From an uncultured Desulfurococcaceae archaeon (GTDB taxonomy: Archaea; Thermoproteota; Thermoprotei_A; Sulfolobales; Desulfurococcaceae): a stretch of 64,000 nucleotides of DNA. This document shows positions 1 through 10,845 of this stretch, in pieces. Location: positions 13,619 to 77,618 of the forward strand of contig CAZVHC010000002.1 of the NCBI GenBank assembly GCA_964627005.1, given 5' to 3'. Each line of letters opens with the position of its first letter. Position 1 is the stretch's first letter. Made by a program: the position numbers and the translations under genes. The notes beneath the pieces are model-generated. The model did no database searches, was not told the origin of the DNA, and saw only the letters and a list, made by a program, of their open reading frames with translations.

Positions 1-152
1 TCCAGTTACTTGAGCCAGCACGTATAATAGCCAGTTCTGAAGGAAGAGATACAATAACTGTTAAGGATGTTGAGAGGGCTAGGAAGCTCTTCATAGATCT
101 TAATGCTAGTGTTAAGTATCTTAGGGAGTTCGAAGAGAAATTCCTTAAATGA
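1..152 (+). CDS. TIP49/RuvB-like AAA+ ATPase, C-terminal fragment (gene starts upstream of window)
   Basis: Frame is open from the window edge to TGA at 150-152. The tail QLLEPARIIASSEGRDTITVKDVERARKLFIDLNASVKYLREFEEKFLK follows the C-terminal pattern of RuvBL/TIP49 proteins (LLTPA..IA..G...I...DV....LF.D...S...L). Confidence 0.5.
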   Translation, partial: QLLEPARIIASSEGRDTITVKDVERARKLFIDLNASVKYLREFEEKFLK

Positions 153-234
153 ACAAGTTTTTAACCAATTATTTTTTACTGTTGAGATAAGGTTTTTTAC
201 ACAAGCACTATATCATTGAATTGGTGCCTAGATA

Positions 235-1365
235 TTGGATCTGGGGGAGATAATAGATCATCTACTAAAATACTGGTCTAAGACACCAAAACATACAGCT
301 GGAGAAATACTTGGTTCAATGACAACACAGCCCCACTGGCTAGCCATATACGCATATAACCTATTTATACATACTAACTTAGCTGATCCAGTTGTATTTA
401 GGGAGATAGCATTCTTTGAAGAGGATCTCGTACATGATCTGTCTCTTCTCTATAGGTCAGAGGAGCCAGCAGGATTCATAACTAGTGGTGGTACAGAATC
501 CAATATGATAGCACTATATATTGCCCGGAAAATGTATGGTGGTAGTAAGAATAGAGTCATAGTTGCACCAGTTACAGTACATAGATCAGTTGATAAGGGA
601 GCTGATATACTTGGGCTCAAACTCATTAAAACGCCAGTGACAAAGAATTATAGGGCATCTATAAACGATCTTGAGGATGCTATTAAAAAGCATAACCCAT
701 TAGCCATAGTACTAACAGCTGGTACAACAGATTTTGGCACTATAGACCCTATAAGAGAGGTTAATGAGCTAGCATGTAAATACGATATATATCTTCACAT
801 AGATGCTGCCTATGGAGGGCTACTAATACCCTTCCTATGGAGTGAATATGGTCTAGAGAAACTAGAGTTCATGGATTGTGTATCGTCAATATCAATTGAT
901 TTCCACAAAAATGGATTAGCACCCATTCCCTCGGGATTAATACTCTTCCGAAACAAGAGTATTGAGAAACAAGCCTATTTTGAAATCCCCTATATGCCTG
1001 CAAAGTACCAAAAAGGATTCCTAGGCACAAGACCCGGAGCTAGTGCTGCTGCATGCTGGGCTGTATGGAAACTTCTTGGCCCAAATGGATTCCGGGATAT
1101 TGCTAAGAGAGTAATTTCTCTAGCTAACTACCTATATAATAGTCTATGTACTTTACCCAATACCGAGCCCTTATTAAAGCCTATCCTCGGTATTGTATCC
1201 TTTAGGATCAGAGGCTATAGTGCTGATGACGTTCTACCATTATTCTGGAGGAATAGGTTATTTATCTATAGAACTAATCTTGTAGATGCATTAAGGATAG
1301 CTATTATGCCTCATGTTAGGAGAGAGCATATTGATCGCCTTATAAACTTTATTGAGGAATTATAG
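235..1365 (+). CDS. mfnA: PLP-dependent group II decarboxylase, MfnA-like (L-tyrosine/L-aspartate decarboxylase)
   Basis: 376 aa. Has GSMTTQPH, SGGTESN, HIDAAYGG and the PLP-lysine motif SIDFHKNG typical of archaeal MfnA. TTG start in the ORF track. Confidence 0.8.
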   Translation: MDLGEIIDHLLKYWSKTPKHTAGEILGSMTTQPHWLAIYAYNLFIHTNLADPVVFREIAFFEEDLVHDLSLLYRSEEPAGFITSGGTESNMIALYIARKMYGGSKNRVIVAPVTVHRSVDKGADILGLKLIKTPVTKNYRASINDLEDAIKKHNPLAIVLTAGTTDFGTIDPIREVNELACKYDIYLHIDAAYGGLLIPFLWSEYGLEKLEFMDCVSSISIDFHKNGLAPIPSGLILFRNKSIEKQAYFEIPYMPAKYQKGFLGTRPGASAAACWAVWKLLGPNGFRDIAKRVISLANYLYNSLCTLPNTEPLLKPILGIVSFRIRGYSADDVLPLFWRNRLFIYRTNLVDALRIAIMPHVRREHIDRLINFIEEL

Positions 1366-2514
1366 TCCGTATATTGATTCAATAAATGCATCTATGGATA
1401 ATAATAGGGATACTATAGTTAGTATACCAAGGAATACTGTGTTAAAGATTAGTATAGATTCTTTATTCCTCAAACTCTTACGTAGATAATATATGAACAA
1501 TGCTAGTACTGTTAATGAGAATAAAAAACCAATAACCATTGAACCATAGATTATGAGTTCAGTATATAAGAGTATATCATCTACTCCAAATAGTATCGCC
1601 AGAGGTACAGTAGACACCATTATAGCTAATAGCAGGTACTCAATAAAGTTATTGGCTAAAAATATTGTCCTTAGATATAGCTTCCTATATATAATCCTTA
1701 ATGTTAGGATTATGGACATAAGTGCTAATACAATGCTACTGAATAAACCAAGTGTATATACTGGAACAATAAGGCTACCCATATTATAAAATGGTTCCAG
1801 GGTATGTATGATACTAAACTCGTCTACGGGATATATTATAGTATATGCTACAAACGATATTGATAAACCAATAAACATAGATGACATAGTACCGATATAT
1901 ATGCTAGCATAATCCTCGTCACCCAGATCCTGTATTATAAGAGAATATGGTGCAGCAGCTGCACCCCATAGAGCCAATAGATCTATACAACTTATAGGCT
2001 TATCTAACTCTAATATATTTACGGAGCCCATAACTGGGAGTTCTATAAAGAATAAGACTATATATATCATTAAAACCATTGATAATATTAGAAAGATTTT
2101 CTCAACACCTTTACTCTTCCATACAGTATCTAGGATCCATATTAATGCTATGATCAATAATCCATAGTAGATCCATTTTGACCCAATTACTATTGATAGA
2201 ATTACCGATAAACCAATAATATTAACCATGAATGTCAGTATACTGGCTACATAGATTGTATATAGGTAAACCTTATAGCTAAACTGTGAAGTAGCTCTCA
2301 TATCATCTATTAAGCTATAACCATATAGTTTACGGGGAAGAACAATCAGTTGTTGTAGATACGCTACTGGAAGCAAAAATATCATAGTTAGTACAAACCC
2401 TGGGACACCATATACAGCTCCAAGCTTCGTAAATACAATGATATTAGTGATCTCGATACCTGCTACAGAGGCTAAAAAACCATGTCCAAATAACTTCTTC
2501 AAATCATTAGCCAA
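1360..2514 (-). CDS. Polytopic membrane transporter, distantly Nramp-like
   Basis: 384 aa with about 10-11 hydrophobic segments. N-terminal GHGFLASVAGIEITN resembles the Nramp TM1 motif GPGFL....DPGN, but DPGN is replaced by EITN. Confidence 0.4.
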   Translation of the reverse strand: MANDLKKLFGHGFLASVAGIEITNIIVFTKLGAVYGVPGFVLTMIFLLPVAYLQQLIVLPRKLYGYSLIDDMRATSQFSYKVYLYTIYVASILTFMVNIIGLSVILSIVIGSKWIYYGLLIIALIWILDTVWKSKGVEKIFLILSMVLMIYIVLFFIELPVMGSVNILELDKPISCIDLLALWGAAAAPYSLIIQDLGDEDYASIYIGTMSSMFIGLSISFVAYTIIYPVDEFSIIHTLEPFYNMGSLIVPVYTLGLFSSIVLALMSIILTLRIIYRKLYLRTIFLANNFIEYLLLAIMVSTVPLAILFGVDDILLYTELIIYGSMVIGFLFSLTVLALFIYYLRKSLRNKESILIFNTVFLGILTIVSLLLSIDAFIESIYGL

Positions 2515-2590
2515 GATAGTTCACCCTAGAAAAAACCTAGTTATGTACTATTATTTTAATAGGAAGACCTCCTAATAGAATAGGTTAAAA

Positions 2591-2914
2591 TTAGATAGAG
2601 TAGGTTTCTCTAACACTATTCTCCACATCTACATATGACCTATTACTCGTCCTATTAAGAATTTTTAATTGGTTAAGTATGTATTTTATTTGATCATCAC
2701 TTAGATTATTTAGGAATACAATTAAACCTCTACCTGCTAAAGCTTGGTTATAAAAGGTTTTTTCATAACCTTCACTATAAACCTTATCCCCATCACCTTC
2801 CCTAGTAGCTGTATTCTCTCTAGTTGATACATGATTATAGATTATTGGAAGTAATGAAAGACTTATATAGATACTGATCAATATGATACTGAATATACTC
2901 ATTAGCCCTACCAC
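2591..2914 (-). CDS. Small membrane-anchored hypothetical protein
   Basis: 107 aa with one N-terminal TM segment (MSIFSIILISIYISLSLLPII). Lies between the ArsR gene and the transporter on the same strand. No recognisable motif. Confidence 0.35.
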   Translation of the reverse strand: MVGLMSIFSIILISIYISLSLLPIIYNHVSTRENTATREGDGDKVYSEGYEKTFYNQALAGRGLIVFLNNLSDDQIKYILNQLKILNRTSNRSYVDVENSVRETYSI

Positions 2915-3069
2915 CTTTATACTTATACTATATTCATCCCCTACACCTACCTCAATAGTATGTGGTTTTTAGAGGGTTTTTAAGGTGGGTAAACCTGTAT
3001 TAGCTAGGTATAACCATGAATAATGGTGTTCTTAAGTAATAATTGGGTATTATTATCTAATACAGATCC

Positions 3070-3405
3070 CTAGTCAAGTATGATCCTAATCTCCTTAATA
3101 TTTGTCCAACAAACCTTCTTAACCCCTCTCTGACCAGGTTTATATGAGGTTTTAATTAAACCTATATCCTCCAGTCTCTTAATCTGTGCACTGGCATTAG
3201 CTCTACTCTGATCAATGTAATCTGCTATCTCACCAATATCTAGCTCCTTCTTTCTAACAAGTTTTAGTATTTCAAGTCTTGTTTTTGATGCTAGTGCAGA
3301 TGCTATTCTATTTATATATTCAATTCCCTTAACTATTAAAACACCATTTTCTTCATATATTCCCTCCTTACTAGAACTAATATTCTCTGAACTCATACAC
3401 TGCAC
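3070..3405 (-). CDS. ArsR/SmtB-family winged-helix transcriptional regulator
   Basis: ALASKTRLEILKLV....DIGEIADYIDQSRANASAQIKRLEDIGLI is a typical ArsR HTH. Confidence 0.8.
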   Translation of the reverse strand: MQCMSSENISSSKEGIYEENGVLIVKGIEYINRIASALASKTRLEILKLVRKKELDIGEIADYIDQSRANASAQIKRLEDIGLIKTSYKPGQRGVKKVCWTNIKEIRIILD

Positions 3406-3700
3406 CGTTTATATTTTAGGGATTTTTAGAAATATAAATGCTATCTTAAGTACTTATACTAGTTTTTATAATAGTTTTTAAAAGTTTCGCTAACTATTCT
3501 AATCAGTACTTGTAGCAAAATTTTTAAACCCTTTATAAACCACTTCATAAAATACTGTCCATTAAGATAATATTTTAATATTTTAAGGCATAGGTAATAC
3601 TAGTCTATAAATGGGTGTGTAGAAACTGGCTAAAATAGGGATCATATATAGACAGCTGTCACAACGTGATTTCAAAGTACTTAATGCTATAGAGAAAGGT

Positions 3701-4516
3701 ATGGCTAGCTATGAATACGTACCATTAGAAGTTATCGAGAGATACACAAGGATACCAGAGACAAAACTTGAACTATCACTATCAAAACTTCATCGTCTAA
3801 AACTAGTTAAGAGACAGTATATGATGTATAAGGGATATAGACTAACTTATCTAGGTCTTGACATGCTTGCCCTAAAATACTTTGTTGACCATGACATAGT
3901 TGTTGCACTAGGTGATAGGATAGGAGTGGGTAAGGAGAGTGAGTTATTCAAGGCATTGGCACCCGGTGATACAAGTGTTATTATAAAGTTCCTACGTATA
4001 GGTAGGACAAGCTTCCGTTCAACCAGGAGAGTCCGTGTTTTCGCTGATAATCCAAGGCTTGACTGGTACCGTCAGTCAAAGATTGCTGCTGAACGTGAGT
4101 ATAAGGCTTTACACGAGATATACCTTGTAGGTGGTTCTGTACCTAAGCCTCTAGCCTATAATAGGCATTCAGTGGTGATAGGCTATATTGATGGTATTGA
4201 GCTTTACCGGAAGCCACAGCTACCAGATCCCCCTGGATCCCTCTATACAATACTTGATACATTGAGGAAGGCATATATTGATGTAGGCATTGTACACGGT
4301 GATCTTAGTGAGTATAATGTACTGGTTGAAGTAGATACTGGTAAACCCTACATTATAGACTGGCCCCAATATGTTGTAAAGGATCATCCAAGTGCCGATC
4401 AGTTGCTTAGGAGGGACATAGGGTATATAGTGAGGTTTTACAGAAAGAATTATAGAGTTAAGGTTGATACTGAAAGGGCTCTAAAATATGTCAGGGGAGA
4501 GCTTGAGAAACTCTAG
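3701..4516 (+). CDS. rio2: RIO-type serine protein kinase Rio2 (N-terminal winged helix + RIO domain)
   Basis: YEYVPLEVI...LVKR winged helix; kinase motifs GVGKESELF, HGDLSEYNVLV, IIDWPQ. Homologous coding sequence continues upstream of this ATG (see finding). Confidence 0.85.
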   Translation: MASYEYVPLEVIERYTRIPETKLELSLSKLHRLKLVKRQYMMYKGYRLTYLGLDMLALKYFVDHDIVVALGDRIGVGKESELFKALAPGDTSVIIKFLRIGRTSFRSTRRVRVFADNPRLDWYRQSKIAAEREYKALHEIYLVGGSVPKPLAYNRHSVVIGYIDGIELYRKPQLPDPPGSLYTILDTLRKAYIDVGIVHGDLSEYNVLVEVDTGKPYIIDWPQYVVKDHPSADQLLRRDIGYIVRFYRKNYRVKVDTERALKYVRGELEKL

Positions 4517-6545
4517 CAGTAAAACAGTAATAGGAGTCGATATACTGCCGGGAAGAAGTAGCTCATCAGCCCGGCAACCACACTATGCAGTAGTAATTCT
4601 AAGTGACAATGAGGTTATTGGAGAGTATGAGGACGTATCATTATCAAGGCTTATAAGACTTATATGGGAATATAGGCCAGCAATAATAGCCCTAGACAAT
4701 GTGTTCGAACTAGCACCTGATGAGAAGAAGCTATTAAAGCTAATGACACTACTGCCCCCAGATATAGAGCTTATCCAGGTAACTGGGTGGGGTCCACAGG
4801 CAGTAAATATAAAGGCTATAGCTCGGAGCCTAGGAGTACCTGTTCATGGGAAGCCATCTCCATTAAAGACAGCATATATAGCTGCAGTTGCTGCTTCCAG
4901 GGGATATGGTTATAGGATAAGATTTCTTGAGGAGAAGACAAAGATCATTGTATCTAAGGGTAGGAGTATAAGTAGGGGAGGTATGAGCCACAATAGGTAT
5001 GTAAGGAGTATTAGAGCTGGAATACTACGTATGACACGTGAGATTAAGTCGATCCTTGATAGGAATAAGCTTGACTACGATCTAGTGTTTAAGAAGTCTA
5101 AGGGTGGACTTGAGAGAAGTATCTTCATAGTATATGCTCCAAGATCAAGGCTCTATGGGCTGGTAAAACCTATTAATACAAAGACAGTCCGTGTAGAAAT
5201 TAGGCCAGTATATAGTTCCAAGATAGCTATGGTAGCAAGTTCTGGTGCAAGTACTAAGGCTCTAAAACCAGTAATTGTAGGTCTTGACCCAGGTATATGT
5301 ACTGGTATAGCAGTAATAGATCTCGATGGTACACCATTGCTTCTCTACAGCTCCAAGAATATCGATCGATCGGATATTATAAACATGGTGTTATCAGTAG
5401 GTAATCCAGTACTCATAGCAACAGATGTATCAACACCTCCGGAAGCCGTGAAGAAGTTGGCGGCAACACTACATGTAAACATATACATCCCCTCCCATGA
5501 TCTTAGCAATGATGAGAAAAACATGATCGTATATAATGTGAGGAAGAAATTCCCATGGATAGAGATTGATGATACACATGAGAGGGATGCACTAGCAGCA
5601 GCTTACAAGGCATACCTCTACTACCACGATAAGTTTAGACAACTAGAGTCAGAGCTTAGCAAGATCGATATACCAATCGATCAAGATAAGATCAAGGCGG
5701 CAATTATAAAGGGTATGACAATAGCTGAGGCATTAGAGAATGAAGTTAGTAAACTTATTGAAGAAGAATTCAGAGAAACTAGTGAATCCAGTGATAAGAG
5801 GAGAGTTGAGCTACAGGAACAGGTAAAGGCTAGTAAAGAGACGATAGCTAGGCTACGGAAGAGAATAAAGTATCTTGAGGCTGAAAAAATAAGTCTTCAA
5901 AGAAAAATTATGGAGTTAAAAACAAGGATTGAGGAACTTGAAACAGAATTAAGAGCTCTTAGACACACATACAAACCCGATCAAGAGCTTAGGAGATTCA
6001 TTGAGTTAATAGTTAATGAAAATAAGAGTTTGAGGGAAGAGGTTGAGAGACTAAGAAATGAACTAGATAAAACCATTAGATCAAGGGATGAATTGATAGA
6101 TCTAATAAATAGAATATTTGATAAAGATATGAAGTATATCCCAATGGTGTCAAGTCTAATAATAGCAGTACTTAACAAGGTTGTTTATCGAGATGGAAGT
6201 ATTAGGGCAATATACATTAAGAAGATATCCCCATACACAGATGAAGTAATATCCTATTTATTTAGTGAAAGAATAGCTATAGTGACCCATGGCCAAGAGG
6301 GTTTCCTAGAAGATAGGATACCTATTATAGACATAGATAATTATGAACACTATATAGTGGGTGATAGAGTCTATGTTGATAAAGCTATTGAAGATGAAAT
6401 AGATAAGAAGTGGAAAACTATTGAGGAGAAACTTGAAGATGAACGACTCAACAAGATCATTAGATTGATCGAGGATTATCGTAGAGAACGTAAAAAGAAG
6501 TTAGGAGTAGAGATTACTGAGGAATTAAGGAGAATACAAAGCTAG
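4488..6545 (+). CDS. DUF460-like archaeal protein: RNase-H-fold (RuvC/YqgF-like) modules plus a long coiled coil
   Basis: 685 aa. Has VIGVDILPG and [20 protein letters not shown] motifs and a heptad-rich segment at about residues 430-540. Overlaps the rio2 3' end by 29 nt. Family assignment is from memory. Confidence 0.55.
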   Translation: MSGESLRNSSSKTVIGVDILPGRSSSSARQPHYAVVILSDNEVIGEYEDVSLSRLIRLIWEYRPAIIALDNVFELAPDEKKLLKLMTLLPPDIELIQVTGWGPQAVNIKAIARSLGVPVHGKPSPLKTAYIAAVAASRGYGYRIRFLEEKTKIIVSKGRSISRGGMSHNRYVRSIRAGILRMTREIKSILDRNKLDYDLVFKKSKGGLERSIFIVYAPRSRLYGLVKPINTKTVRVEIRPVYSSKIAMVASSGASTKALKPVIVGLDPGICTGIAVIDLDGTPLLLYSSKNIDRSDIINMVLSVGNPVLIATDVSTPPEAVKKLAATLHVNIYIPSHDLSNDEKNMIVYNVRKKFPWIEIDDTHERDALAAAYKAYLYYHDKFRQLESELSKIDIPIDQDKIKAAIIKGMTIAEALENEVSKLIEEEFRETSESSDKRRVELQEQVKASKETIARLRKRIKYLEAEKISLQRKIMELKTRIEELETELRALRHTYKPDQELRRFIELIVNENKSLREEVERLRNELDKTIRSRDELIDLINRIFDKDMKYIPMVSSLIIAVLNKVVYRDGSIRAIYIKKISPYTDEVISYLFSERIAIVTHGQEGFLEDRIPIIDIDNYEHYIVGDRVYVDKAIEDEIDKKWKTIEEKLEDERLNKIIRLIEDYRRERKKKLGVEITEELRRIQS

Positions 6546-7771
6546 TAGAGAATAACCTCCTCTCTCAAAACCATGTCAGTTATCCTAGTAATATTCTCAA
6601 GTTCGCTATCAACAATACCCTCAATCTCGGAGATTACATGTTGCGGCAGATCACTAGAATCCGGAAGGATCTTTACATTAGCAACAAGAGGCTCATCAAT
6701 AGGTCTACCAATCTGGCTTAGAAGCTCAACATAAACCTCACGAACATCCTTAACCTCCTCATAGATCTTCTTTGCTATAAGTGATGCAGCAACATTATAG
6801 ATCTTACCCACATGGTTAACTGGGTTCTTACCAGCAGTAGCCTCTAGACTCATGGGTCTCATGGGGGTTATTAATCCATTAACTCTATTACCACGCCCAG
6901 TTGCACCATCATCTCCATGTTCAGCTGATGTTCCAGTAACGGTTATGTATACAATACCCTTCTCAACCATATCAGCTGTATTAATATGTACATTCACATT
7001 ATAGTCTGGAGCAATCTTTGAAGCTAGATCGAGTACATGCTCTCTAACCTCCTCCTTAACACTAACATACTCGTCAACATCACGTATTTGACTAGAGATC
7101 ATTGCAGCAGCGATCGTTAACTCAATAGTCTTATCCTTCCTCAAACCCATAACCTTAACATCCTCACCAACAGCTGGAAGCTTCTTCTTAAACTCTGGAG
7201 AATTAAGCGATCTCTCAGTCTGGAAAACAAGCTTCTCAAGTGTAGAGAGTGGAGCATAGCCAACACCTATACTCGTGTCATTAGCTAATGGAGTCTTAGC
7301 CCTAGCCTTGAAAACCTCCACAAGATCAACTGATCCCTTACCAATACGGTAATCAACAACAACATGGTGATCAGGGTCTAGGAACCGGAAATTACGGTGA
7401 ATCCACTCCTTAACAGCCTTAACAACAAGTGTACCCACAGGTATAGGCTCAACACGACCATTCCGTATAACCTCAGTAGTAGCACGGCCCGATACAAGGA
7501 TATAGATAGGCTGAACAACCTCTCCACCACCAAATACTGGGTGGGCCTGCCCACCAACTAGGAGAACCTTATCAAGATTATGGTGAAGGATCATGCCATA
7601 CTCCTTGAGATAGTATTCACATAAAGCCTTACTAGCAGCCTCAGCAGCAGAATCAGCAATATAGTCTGGATGGCCGAGGCCCTTCCTCTCAACAAGTTCT
7701 ACAAACATCTCCTCAACAGGCTGGATCCTAATTGTCTCTACAACTATATTTCTTCCAGCCAAAGCATGCAC
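6542..7771 (-). CDS. metK: S-adenosylmethionine synthetase, archaeal type
   Basis: 409 aa. [15 protein letters not shown] and [17 protein letters not shown] are characteristic of archaeal MAT. Confidence 0.9.
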   Translation of the reverse strand: MHALAGRNIVVETIRIQPVEEMFVELVERKGLGHPDYIADSAAEAASKALCEYYLKEYGMILHHNLDKVLLVGGQAHPVFGGGEVVQPIYILVSGRATTEVIRNGRVEPIPVGTLVVKAVKEWIHRNFRFLDPDHHVVVDYRIGKGSVDLVEVFKARAKTPLANDTSIGVGYAPLSTLEKLVFQTERSLNSPEFKKKLPAVGEDVKVMGLRKDKTIELTIAAAMISSQIRDVDEYVSVKEEVREHVLDLASKIAPDYNVNVHINTADMVEKGIVYITVTGTSAEHGDDGATGRGNRVNGLITPMRPMSLEATAGKNPVNHVGKIYNVAASLIAKKIYEEVKDVREVYVELLSQIGRPIDEPLVANVKILPDSSDLPQHVISEIEGIVDSELENITRITDMVLREEVILY

Positions 7772-7863
7772 CCCCTCTACACTGGGCTTATGATAACAAG
7801 TAGTACAACTAGTTTAAACCTTTATCGTTTACTCCATAATGGATTTAAAGAACATTTGATAGA

Positions 7864-9855
7864 CTATACTGATCTAGAGCTCTTCCCTACATAGACTATA
7901 TTTGAAGAACCAGGTAAGCGCTCAATGATTTCCTCTACTTTAACTAGAAGCTCTCCTTTAACAATATTCTTGATCAAATCATAGATCTTTTTAGCAATCC
8001 TTGATGGATCATGTTTACCGGGTACAAGAACTACGTATGCTAGAGATCTGTTGTTAACAAGCTCCCTAGGCCCAACAACTACTCTCTGATACCTACCATA
8101 GATCTCGTCATAAACCTCCTCAACACCAATAGCTAGCTCAAGCCTTACGTGCCGGATATAGTTCTTCCTACCATAGATCATGAATGCACCCTTACCAAGA
8201 TACTCGCCACTAGGTGGTTTCTTAGAAACCTGCTCCCCCCACACCCAATAGACATCTATTTCACCAAAGCCAGCCCTCCAAGCCTTAGAATAACATGCAG
8301 CTAAGACAGAGGCTTCATAAAGACTTCTCTCACCCGGTACCTTACCCCTTGTCTTAAGTACTGTAGCTGGTGCACCATGTATATCGGCATGTAGGAATAT
8401 ATCCCTTGGCTCAAGATATTTTCTCACAATAGCTTCATTCTGTCCAGCATCCCTTCCACCAATGACTAGGAATCCCTCACTAGTCACTAGCCAGTGAAAT
8501 CTCTCATACCATAGCCTAGGCTTAATCCCTGTCTCAACACGTCTAGAGACGACAATGGTCTCCCTCTCGATCTCCTTAAGCCTCCTCCTAAGGTCCATAG
8601 CTGATCTCTGGGCTTTCTCAGCCTTAGCCCTATATTCACCAGCAAGTCTATAGTAGTCCTTAATACATTCATCAAGACTCTTCCGGATACTAAGTTCTAT
8701 CCTCCTACCACCTAGGACGACAACGATAACTCCTCTAGAAGGATCATAATCTACTACACCACTACAATACTCTCTAATACCATCCCAGCCAAGCTTCTTC
8801 CTAATCCTATTAACACATTCCATAACCTCTGAGAAATACTCATAGTTTGTGGCAAGTAGTGTAGCATACTCACTATACATCCTAGATAAATCCTGGTACT
8901 TTGCAGCAATACTTTCTTGCTCCTCAATACTCTTCTTAACCCGGTTAATCTCAGCTCTAATGCTTTCCTCCTCAGCTCTTCTGATCTCCTCTTTTTCCAA
9001 TATACTAAAGTAGGTGTCAATGGCATCATTGAAACTAGGGACTTCCACAATCTCCATACTATGGAGATCACTATATAGCCTTGGATAATATGGTGTAAAT
9101 CCAATATATGAACCACCATATTTGATCAAATAACCTCTACCCTTAAAGATCTCCTTATAAAGCTCCATAAGCACTTCATGAAGGGTCTCCAGATCTCTAC
9201 GATCTATGGTATCCGGCTTAATAGTCTTTACATCATATAGACTAGCCCTATAGAGTATCTCCTCAGCAACTTCACCAGGTAGATTCCATCCATAGATAAG
9301 TCCTCTAACAAGATCCTTTCCTCTATGAACAAGCTCTATAAGATCACCTAAATCTGTATCCAGTGGATTAATACTGGCTGGTGGAAGCCTATACTTCTCC
9401 CTAGGCCTTATAACACGATCCCTTAGTTCAGAGAACTTGTTTGCATAGAGTATAACATCGTTATGTGTTATGACGAGGAATCCACGTGGAAGTAATTCAG
9501 CAACTATCCTATATCTTCTACCCCCCCTATCAACATCAATAAACACGATTCTCTCAAAGCCTGGATGCGAGATATCCTCTATAATTCCTCCACGTATGTG
9601 TTTGCGTAGGAAAGCAGTTAGCTTATCAATAGACTTACTATATAGTTCATAAATACTTAGATGTACCCTTTTACCGGGCTCTATCTTAATATATTTTTTC
9701 CCATTACGTACAGGTATTTTGATAGCCCAATAACTACCTGTATAATATATATTGTTTACTCTGGAACCTCTCAGTAAATCCCTACACTCATTAACCCATG
9801 CTATAACATCAAATACTGTCATGGACTTCTTAATCTTAACCAAACCGTTCACCAA
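7864..9855 (-). CDS. NFACT-family protein (FbpA/Rqc2/NEMF homologue, ribosome quality control)
   Basis: 663 aa. NFACT-N-like N-terminus, central coiled coil, DUF814-type motif FLHADIHGAPATVLK. Confidence 0.8.
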   Translation of the reverse strand: MVNGLVKIKKSMTVFDVIAWVNECRDLLRGSRVNNIYYTGSYWAIKIPVRNGKKYIKIEPGKRVHLSIYELYSKSIDKLTAFLRKHIRGGIIEDISHPGFERIVFIDVDRGGRRYRIVAELLPRGFLVITHNDVILYANKFSELRDRVIRPREKYRLPPASINPLDTDLGDLIELVHRGKDLVRGLIYGWNLPGEVAEEILYRASLYDVKTIKPDTIDRRDLETLHEVLMELYKEIFKGRGYLIKYGGSYIGFTPYYPRLYSDLHSMEIVEVPSFNDAIDTYFSILEKEEIRRAEEESIRAEINRVKKSIEEQESIAAKYQDLSRMYSEYATLLATNYEYFSEVMECVNRIRKKLGWDGIREYCSGVVDYDPSRGVIVVVLGGRRIELSIRKSLDECIKDYYRLAGEYRAKAEKAQRSAMDLRRRLKEIERETIVVSRRVETGIKPRLWYERFHWLVTSEGFLVIGGRDAGQNEAIVRKYLEPRDIFLHADIHGAPATVLKTRGKVPGERSLYEASVLAACYSKAWRAGFGEIDVYWVWGEQVSKKPPSGEYLGKGAFMIYGRKNYIRHVRLELAIGVEEVYDEIYGRYQRVVVGPRELVNNRSLAYVVLVPGKHDPSRIAKKIYDLIKNIVKGELLVKVEEIIERLPGSSNIVYVGKSSRSV

Positions 9856-9897
9856 TGATCAAATATTTCCCTAAACCTTAAAATATACTGGTCATTC

Positions 9898-10221
9898 ATG
9901 TCATTAGTGGTGGTTGTAATAATGCTTAAGAGCTTATGGGAGAAGGCAGGTGTAGAGGATAGAATTGTACTACTAAGGTTTATGATGGGTCTAATCTATG
10001 GTCTAGTAGCCTATATCCTCTATAGACTTAACCTATCAATAATATATGATACTACTACAACTATATGGTTCTTTGCAGCAATAATATACTCAGCATCAAT
10101 ATATATTGTTGAAAGAAAACTTGGGGGGCAAGGGTTATTTATGCTTCTCTTAAGGGGGTTATTAACATTCTATACTACATGGATCATCATAGTATTCGTA
10201 TTATATGATCTACTTGGCTAA
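9898..10221 (+). CDS. Small integral membrane protein (3 predicted TM segments)
   Basis: 107 aa, hydrophobic, no recognisable motif. Confidence 0.35.
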   Translation: MSLVVVVIMLKSLWEKAGVEDRIVLLRFMMGLIYGLVAYILYRLNLSIIYDTTTTIWFFAAIIYSASIYIVERKLGGQGLFMLLLRGLLTFYTTWIIIVFVLYDLLG

Positions 10222-10845
10222 GTATCGCAGTAGCTGAAGTTCTCTCAGTATATCTCTAGGGATAACTCCATATAATAAATACTCCTTTAACCCCGGGGCA
10301 AGTAGTGGTTTACCATTTACTAACGGATATCTAAAGGGGAGATGTATCTCTATAGTCTCACTATCCCTTACACTTGATAAGCTAATGCCATCGATATACT
10401 TTATACAATCTAGACAACCACGTCTATAAACCTCTAGAACAACATAAACTGCACCATCAATACTATATTGTCCCTCACCAATATTTCTCTTCAAAGCATC
10501 CCTAGCCCTACTAGATAAATACTTATAAGTCCTACCCTGGGGAGGATGATCACCTAGTATACCTCCTATCACTACAGCATCTATGTTTTCAAGATCACTT
10601 TTACTTAAAGGCTCATCAGCCCTAGGATCAAGTATTAATAGTTGTTTCTGGTCAAAGATCTCTAATACGCTTTCCCCATACACTTTCCCATACCTAGAGA
10701 GTATCCTATGATATCTAACTGGTACATTGGTATATACAATCCTATCTTTACCAGCAAGTAGTGATGCATGTCTATACTCTAGTATTAGCCATGGAGAAAA
10801 CTCTTCCTCCAGATGCTCAATAACTATTAATGGTTTTTCTCCCAT
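10210..10845 (-). CDS. Predicted SAM-dependent RNA methyltransferase (DUF431/SPOUT-like)
   Basis: The N-terminus LIVIEHLEEEFSPWLILEY resembles the IEHME..S.W...EY start of the DUF431 family as I recall it. Overlaps the upstream MBL gene by 19 nt, consistent with an operon. Confidence 0.4.
   Translation of the reverse strand: MGEKPLIVIEHLEEEFSPWLILEYRHASLLAGKDRIVYTNVPVRYHRILSRYGKVYGESVLEIFDQKQLLILDPRADEPLSKSDLENIDAVVIGGILGDHPPQGRTYKYLSSRARDALKRNIGEGQYSIDGAVYVVLEVYRRGCLDCIKYIDGISLSSVRDSETIEIHLPFRYPLVNGKPLLAPGLKEYLLYGVIPRDILRELQLLRYLAK

Noticed and set aside
3620-3622. In-frame TAG in the rio2 leader read as pyrrolysine or another recoding event
   Set aside because: No pyl genes or PYLIS-like context are visible, and pyrrolysine is not known in crenarchaea. 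A sequencing error, a non-canonical start or simple truncation are more likely. It is reported only as an anomaly.
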